From assembly GCA_963674945.2 (NCBI GenBank), contig CAXXWQ010000004.1:2496001-2560000 (forward strand): a stretch of DNA of 64,000 nucleotides, written 5' to 3'. Numbering within the stretch: position 1 is the first letter of the stretch; the number at the start of each line of letters is the position of its first letter. The notes under the pieces are model-generated. The model searched no databases. It worked only from the letters and a program-made list of their open reading frames with translations, and was not told the DNA's origin. Of this stretch, positions 60,593-64,000 are shown in pieces. A program made the position numbers and the translations under genes. Source of the stretch: an uncultured Desulfosarcina sp. (GTDB lineage Bacteria; Desulfobacterota; Desulfobacteria; Desulfobacterales; Desulfosarcinaceae).

Positions 60593-60811
60593 ATGAAACC
60601 GATTCTTTCCAAAGGCAGGTTCATCACCGCCACCATCTTCATCGTTATCCTCCTCGCCGTTTATGTCGCAGGTGCACGCCATGGCTACCATCTGGGATAC
60701 TCCGATGGCCAGAATTCCGCCAATGGCTGGTGGATCGACAAGAAAAGTCAATATTACGAATCCGCTGAGATCAAGAAAAAACGCATTATCGGAAAGCACA
60801 ATCACATTTAG
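60593..60811 (+). CDS. Small hypothetical single-TM protein
   Basis: 72-aa ORF with one TM helix followed by GY.LGYSDG; fills the intergenic gap. Confidence 0.5.
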   Translation: MKPILSKGRFITATIFIVILLAVYVAGARHGYHLGYSDGQNSANGWWIDKKSQYYESAEIKKKRIIGKHNHI

Positions 60812-60847
60812 TGGGTGACCCTCCAGAAAGGGCCAAGCCGAACAGCT

Positions 60848-60867
60848 ACTTTTTACGAGATCATCAA
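60848..60867. repeat. Isolated family-1 terminal repeat
   Basis: actttttacgagatcatcaa, one mismatch from the right end of the 32548 copy. Confidence 0.65.
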
Positions 60868-61340
60868 TCTTAGCTCGGGCCGGTATCTTTGATGCACCAA
60901 AATTTGCCGGTTCGTGCGCAATTTTCGTAACCGACACACCGATACGCCCAAACAAAAAAAACAGAAATAATCATATAATTTCAATTTGTTATGACTTAAC
61001 AACGATTTTGCGCCTGTTATTTGCATTCCTTTTGCGATGATAAGGGATACCATCCGCTGTTTCAGACTCGCTGGTTCGTATCAGCAACCGAATCTGTGCA
61101 AATGACATTTTTGATCCAATGAAGTGGTTTCGCGTCGACGGCTCCCGTGGTTGGATCTTCAAGCCCCGATGCACGCTCCTTTTGCCATTCACCTCCTGTC
61201 GTATCCGACGAAAACAATGATGCCCCTTTGGATCTCCGGCCTTTTGACCGGATATCCAAGCCACCTGTTTTGCGGGTGGTCGTTGAGTCCCATGAAGCCG
61301 ATTTCAACCCAATATTTCAACAAAAAGAGGAGGTGCACCA

Positions 61341-61808
61341 ATGAAAAAATCGACGCGATCCATCGCCATTGTTATCATCTTGATCTCTTGTTTTTCCGCA
61401 ATGGCGTGGGCAGAAAGTGCAACAAAGGACGAAGTAATCGCCAAATGTGAAGCGGCAGCCAAAATGGTTCATGAAAAAGGGGTGGTGGAGGCCGGCAAAG
61501 CCATCGGAGACAAGATGGGACCCTTTGTCTGGAAAGATACGTATGTTTTCTTGATGGATCTGGACGGAAAAATGATCGCCCACCCCATCAAGCCGGAACT
61601 GACGGAGGAGGACAATCTATTACAGGTGGCAGATACGGACGGCAAACCCCTGTTTCTCGAATTCGTACAGGTTGCCGGCAGTAAAGGGCAGGGTTGGGTC
61701 GACTATATGTGGCCGAAACCAGGGGAAGAGAAACCGGCGGCAAAAACCAGCTACATCTATCGCATATCCGGCACCCCATATTTCGTCGGCGCAGGAATTT
61801 ACAAATAG
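61341..61808 (+). CDS. Stand-alone periplasmic single Cache domain protein
   Basis: Signal peptide; YVFLMD..G...AHP, GWVDYMWPKPG and VGAGIY motifs; GAGGAGG RBS. Confidence 0.9.
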   Translation: MKKSTRSIAIVIILISCFSAMAWAESATKDEVIAKCEAAAKMVHEKGVVEAGKAIGDKMGPFVWKDTYVFLMDLDGKMIAHPIKPELTEEDNLLQVADTDGKPLFLEFVQVAGSKGQGWVDYMWPKPGEEKPAAKTSYIYRISGTPYFVGAGIYK

Positions 61809-61884
61809 GAACGCATAAGCAAAAAATTTAGGGCCGGGCCATTTATCTCTACCTTGGCCCAGAGGACCAGTTATATTAACGAAG

Positions 61885-61924
61885 AACAGAAAAGGGGGGC
61901 CGGGTTCGGTCCTCCCTTTTTGTT
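61885..61924 (+). terminator. Probable (bidirectional) terminator
   Basis: aacagaaaaggggggccg...cggtcctcccttttgtt hairpin with A and T tracts. Confidence 0.6.
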
Positions 61925-62120
61925 TACACCGCAACTTTCGTGAGCATCCCAAGCGGTGCGGGCAGGATGATTTGATGCGGCGAGCGCGAAAATCGCCAGG
62001 ATTGCATCCGGAAAGTGCTGCTGCGCAAATTCCGTAACAAAAAGCAAAAATAGTTCTTCGAAGTCGGATACTCTTCCGGGAGGAACATTTTATAATTCAT
62101 TTATTTCAGCATGTTAACAA

Positions 62121-62137
62121 CTGGCACGCCTATTGCT
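62121..62137 (+). promoter_or_regulatory. sigma54 (-24/-12) promoter
   Basis: cTGGCACgcctaTTGCt, consensus spacing, about 50 bp upstream of the GT2 start. Confidence 0.8.
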
Positions 62138-62186
62138 AACACAAGATTTTCTTCTAGCTGCAACAGATGAGAAAAAAGGAATTCAC

Positions 62187-63563
62187 ATGAACAAAACAAG
62201 TAGTAAAAAAGTTGTCTATATCTATTTATTTTTGCTTTCAATAACGGTGTTGCTGGCCGTCGCAACCGGATTGGAACCAATTTGGGCAACAATTGGGAAC
62301 CTGCCTCTGGGAAATGCGGTGGTTCTCCTGTCCCAAATGTTTTTCGCCATTCACATCGCTGTTTTCATCTGGCGGATCGTTCTTTTCCTCCAATACAAAC
62401 CCGCCGCTTCCTGTAGCGATGATCGTCTTCCGGAAGTGACGGTGATCGTACCAGCCTACAATGAAGGCAGGCAGTCCTTTGACACCATTAAAAGTATCGT
62501 GAAAAGCGACTACCCGGCAGAAAAAATGACGATCGTCGGTGTGGACGATGGGAGCGTGGACAATACGTGGGCATGGCTTCAAAGGGCGGCCATGGCGTTT
62601 CCCGATCGGGTGAAACTCTTTCGGCAACCGGAGAATCGGGGAAAACGCCACGCGCTCTACAGAGGCTTCAAATACGGGAATGGGAATGTTTTTGTCACCA
62701 TCGATAGCGATTCCAACGTCGCGCCGCAGACACTTCGCCAACTGGTAAGCCCATTCGTTCATGATCCGAAAGTGGGGGCCGTGGCCGGAAACGTCCGCAT
62801 ACTGAACCGTCGTGAAGGCTTCATTCCCAAAATGCTGGAAGTCTCCTTTGCCTACAGCTTCGATTTTCTTCGGGCAGGCCAAAGCGTCATCAACTCCGTG
62901 ATGTGCACGCCCGGCGCACTTTCCGCGTATCGTAGCGAAGTCGTCAAGCAGGTGTTGCCCGCATGGATCGACCAGCGCTTTTGTGGCCGTCCGGCAAATA
63001 TTGGCGAGGACAGGGCCATGACCAATCTCATTTTGAAAAGCGGTTATCGCGTTCACTATCAGAAAGATGCCGTCGTCTACACCACGGCACCCACAACCCT
63101 TTCCAAACTTTGGAAAATGTTACTGCGATGGGCCAGGAGTAACATACGCGAAACCCTGGTGATCAGCAAATTCGTATTCGGCAAATTCCGCCAGGAGGGT
63201 GCCACCGGCTTGCGAATCAACGTCTTGCTGGGAATCATGAACCTCACAATCGGTCAGATCATGCGCCTTTCCGGCGTCGCCTTGCTGGTCTACCTTCCCG
63301 TTGTGGTCGGGCCCAAAATGATCTTCGGCGCAGCCATTGCATCATGCGCGCCAGGTCTTTTCTACGCCATTCGGTACAAGAGCAGCCAGGCCTTTTGGGC
63401 GATTCCCTATAGCTATTTCTGGATGACATGCCTGACCTGGATCAGCACCTATGCACTGGTGACCCCCCACAAGACCGGATGGATGACCCGGGACATGGAC
63501 AACCTGGAGGTTTCCTGGACCTCTTCATCGGGAAAGGCACCCTCCCTGACCCCCACGCCATAG
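62187..63563 (+). CDS. Processive GT2 glycosyltransferase, hyaluronan-synthase/NodC-like
   Basis: VPAYNE, VDDGS, NRGKR, IDSDS, CTPGALSAYR, GEDR and LLRW motifs; TM helices at both ends; AAAGGA before ATG 62187. Confidence 0.88.
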   Translation: MNKTSSKKVVYIYLFLLSITVLLAVATGLEPIWATIGNLPLGNAVVLLSQMFFAIHIAVFIWRIVLFLQYKPAASCSDDRLPEVTVIVPAYNEGRQSFDTIKSIVKSDYPAEKMTIVGVDDGSVDNTWAWLQRAAMAFPDRVKLFRQPENRGKRHALYRGFKYGNGNVFVTIDSDSNVAPQTLRQLVSPFVHDPKVGAVAGNVRILNRREGFIPKMLEVSFAYSFDFLRAGQSVINSVMCTPGALSAYRSEVVKQVLPAWIDQRFCGRPANIGEDRAMTNLILKSGYRVHYQKDAVVYTTAPTTLSKLWKMLLRWARSNIRETLVISKFVFGKFRQEGATGLRINVLLGIMNLTIGQIMRLSGVALLVYLPVVVGPKMIFGAAIASCAPGLFYAIRYKSSQAFWAIPYSYFWMTCLTWISTYALVTPHKTGWMTRDMDNLEVSWTSSSGKAPSLTPTP

Positions 63564-63580
63564 GTGTCCGCCTGAAAATC

Positions 63581-63612
63581 GGGTCGTAAGCATCGAAAGA
63601 TTCTTACGACCC
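63581..63612 (+). terminator. Hairpin after the GT2 gene
   Basis: gggtcgtaag-c-atc-gaaa-gat-t-cttacgaccc; weak T tract. Confidence 0.5.
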
Positions 63613-64000
63613 GTCATTCTTCAGATCGTCGACATTCCTTCTTTTTTGTCTTACCATGTATTTTGAATAATTACTTTTTCACGAGACACGGCCACCGGTG
63701 CATGGTAAAATGCCGAAGCATTCGGTAAAGATCGTAAATAGACCAGATAATAAGGAATAGATGATTTTTTTATTGTCAAGTCCACGTCCGTTGTGCCGAA
63801 ATAACATATTGGAGGTTCAGAAAAGGATCTGGACATTTACCGGGCAAACGACAACTACAAATGGGATGTTTTCTTTTCATTTCCGGGAGTTTTTGTGATG
63901 GCGAACGACAAGCAGAAAGCGTACTTCCCGCTACGCATATGGTTCGTGTTATGGTTTTCGATGTTGACACTGTCCTGCGCAACCGGGCAAGGTGAGGGCA

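Noticed and set aside
63620..64000. Short ORFs at the right edge
   Set aside because: No motifs; probably an upstream region of a gene outside the window.

Overview
Bacterial chromosomal window. The gene content and repeat style suggest an anaerobic Desulfobacterota (Desulfobacterales-like); this is an inference. From 1 to 24.5 kb all genes lie on the minus strand. In coordinate order these are: a secreted amidohydrolase (runs off the window), an RND pump whose TolC is fused to a substrate-binding-like domain, a four-subunit sarcosine-oxidase-like complex (soxBDAG), a NitT/TauT ABC transporter, a carbon-nitrogen hydrolase, MmgE/PrpD, GFA, an osmoprotectant (betaine-type) ABC transporter and a non-pyrrolysine MttB-family methyltransferase. 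A divergent RpiR regulator follows. After pit/DUF47, a partly AT-richer accessory region (about 28.3-48.5 kb) carries a phosphotriesterase, shikimate kinase, a VWA-ExbB-ExbD-ExbD-TPR unit, a LytS/LytTR pair and a DUF1302-DUF1329-carboxylesterase operon with tandem LytTR-type boxes. It also holds an MtaA/URO-D-fold gene split by an intact IS1380-family element (5-bp TSD), two toxin-antitoxin pairs and a decayed integron (intI 5' stub, attI-like crossover, one clear attC, vapBC cassette). The right part has DUF1835, NYN, aceEF-lpdA, a cold-shock gene, an FHA protein, an SLC12-like transporter, a Cache protein and a sigma54-preceded hyaluronan-synthase-like GT2. A family of ~155-bp MITE/REP-like elements and a second shorter repeat family are scattered through the intergenic spaces. 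I saw no rRNA, tRNA or CRISPR array.
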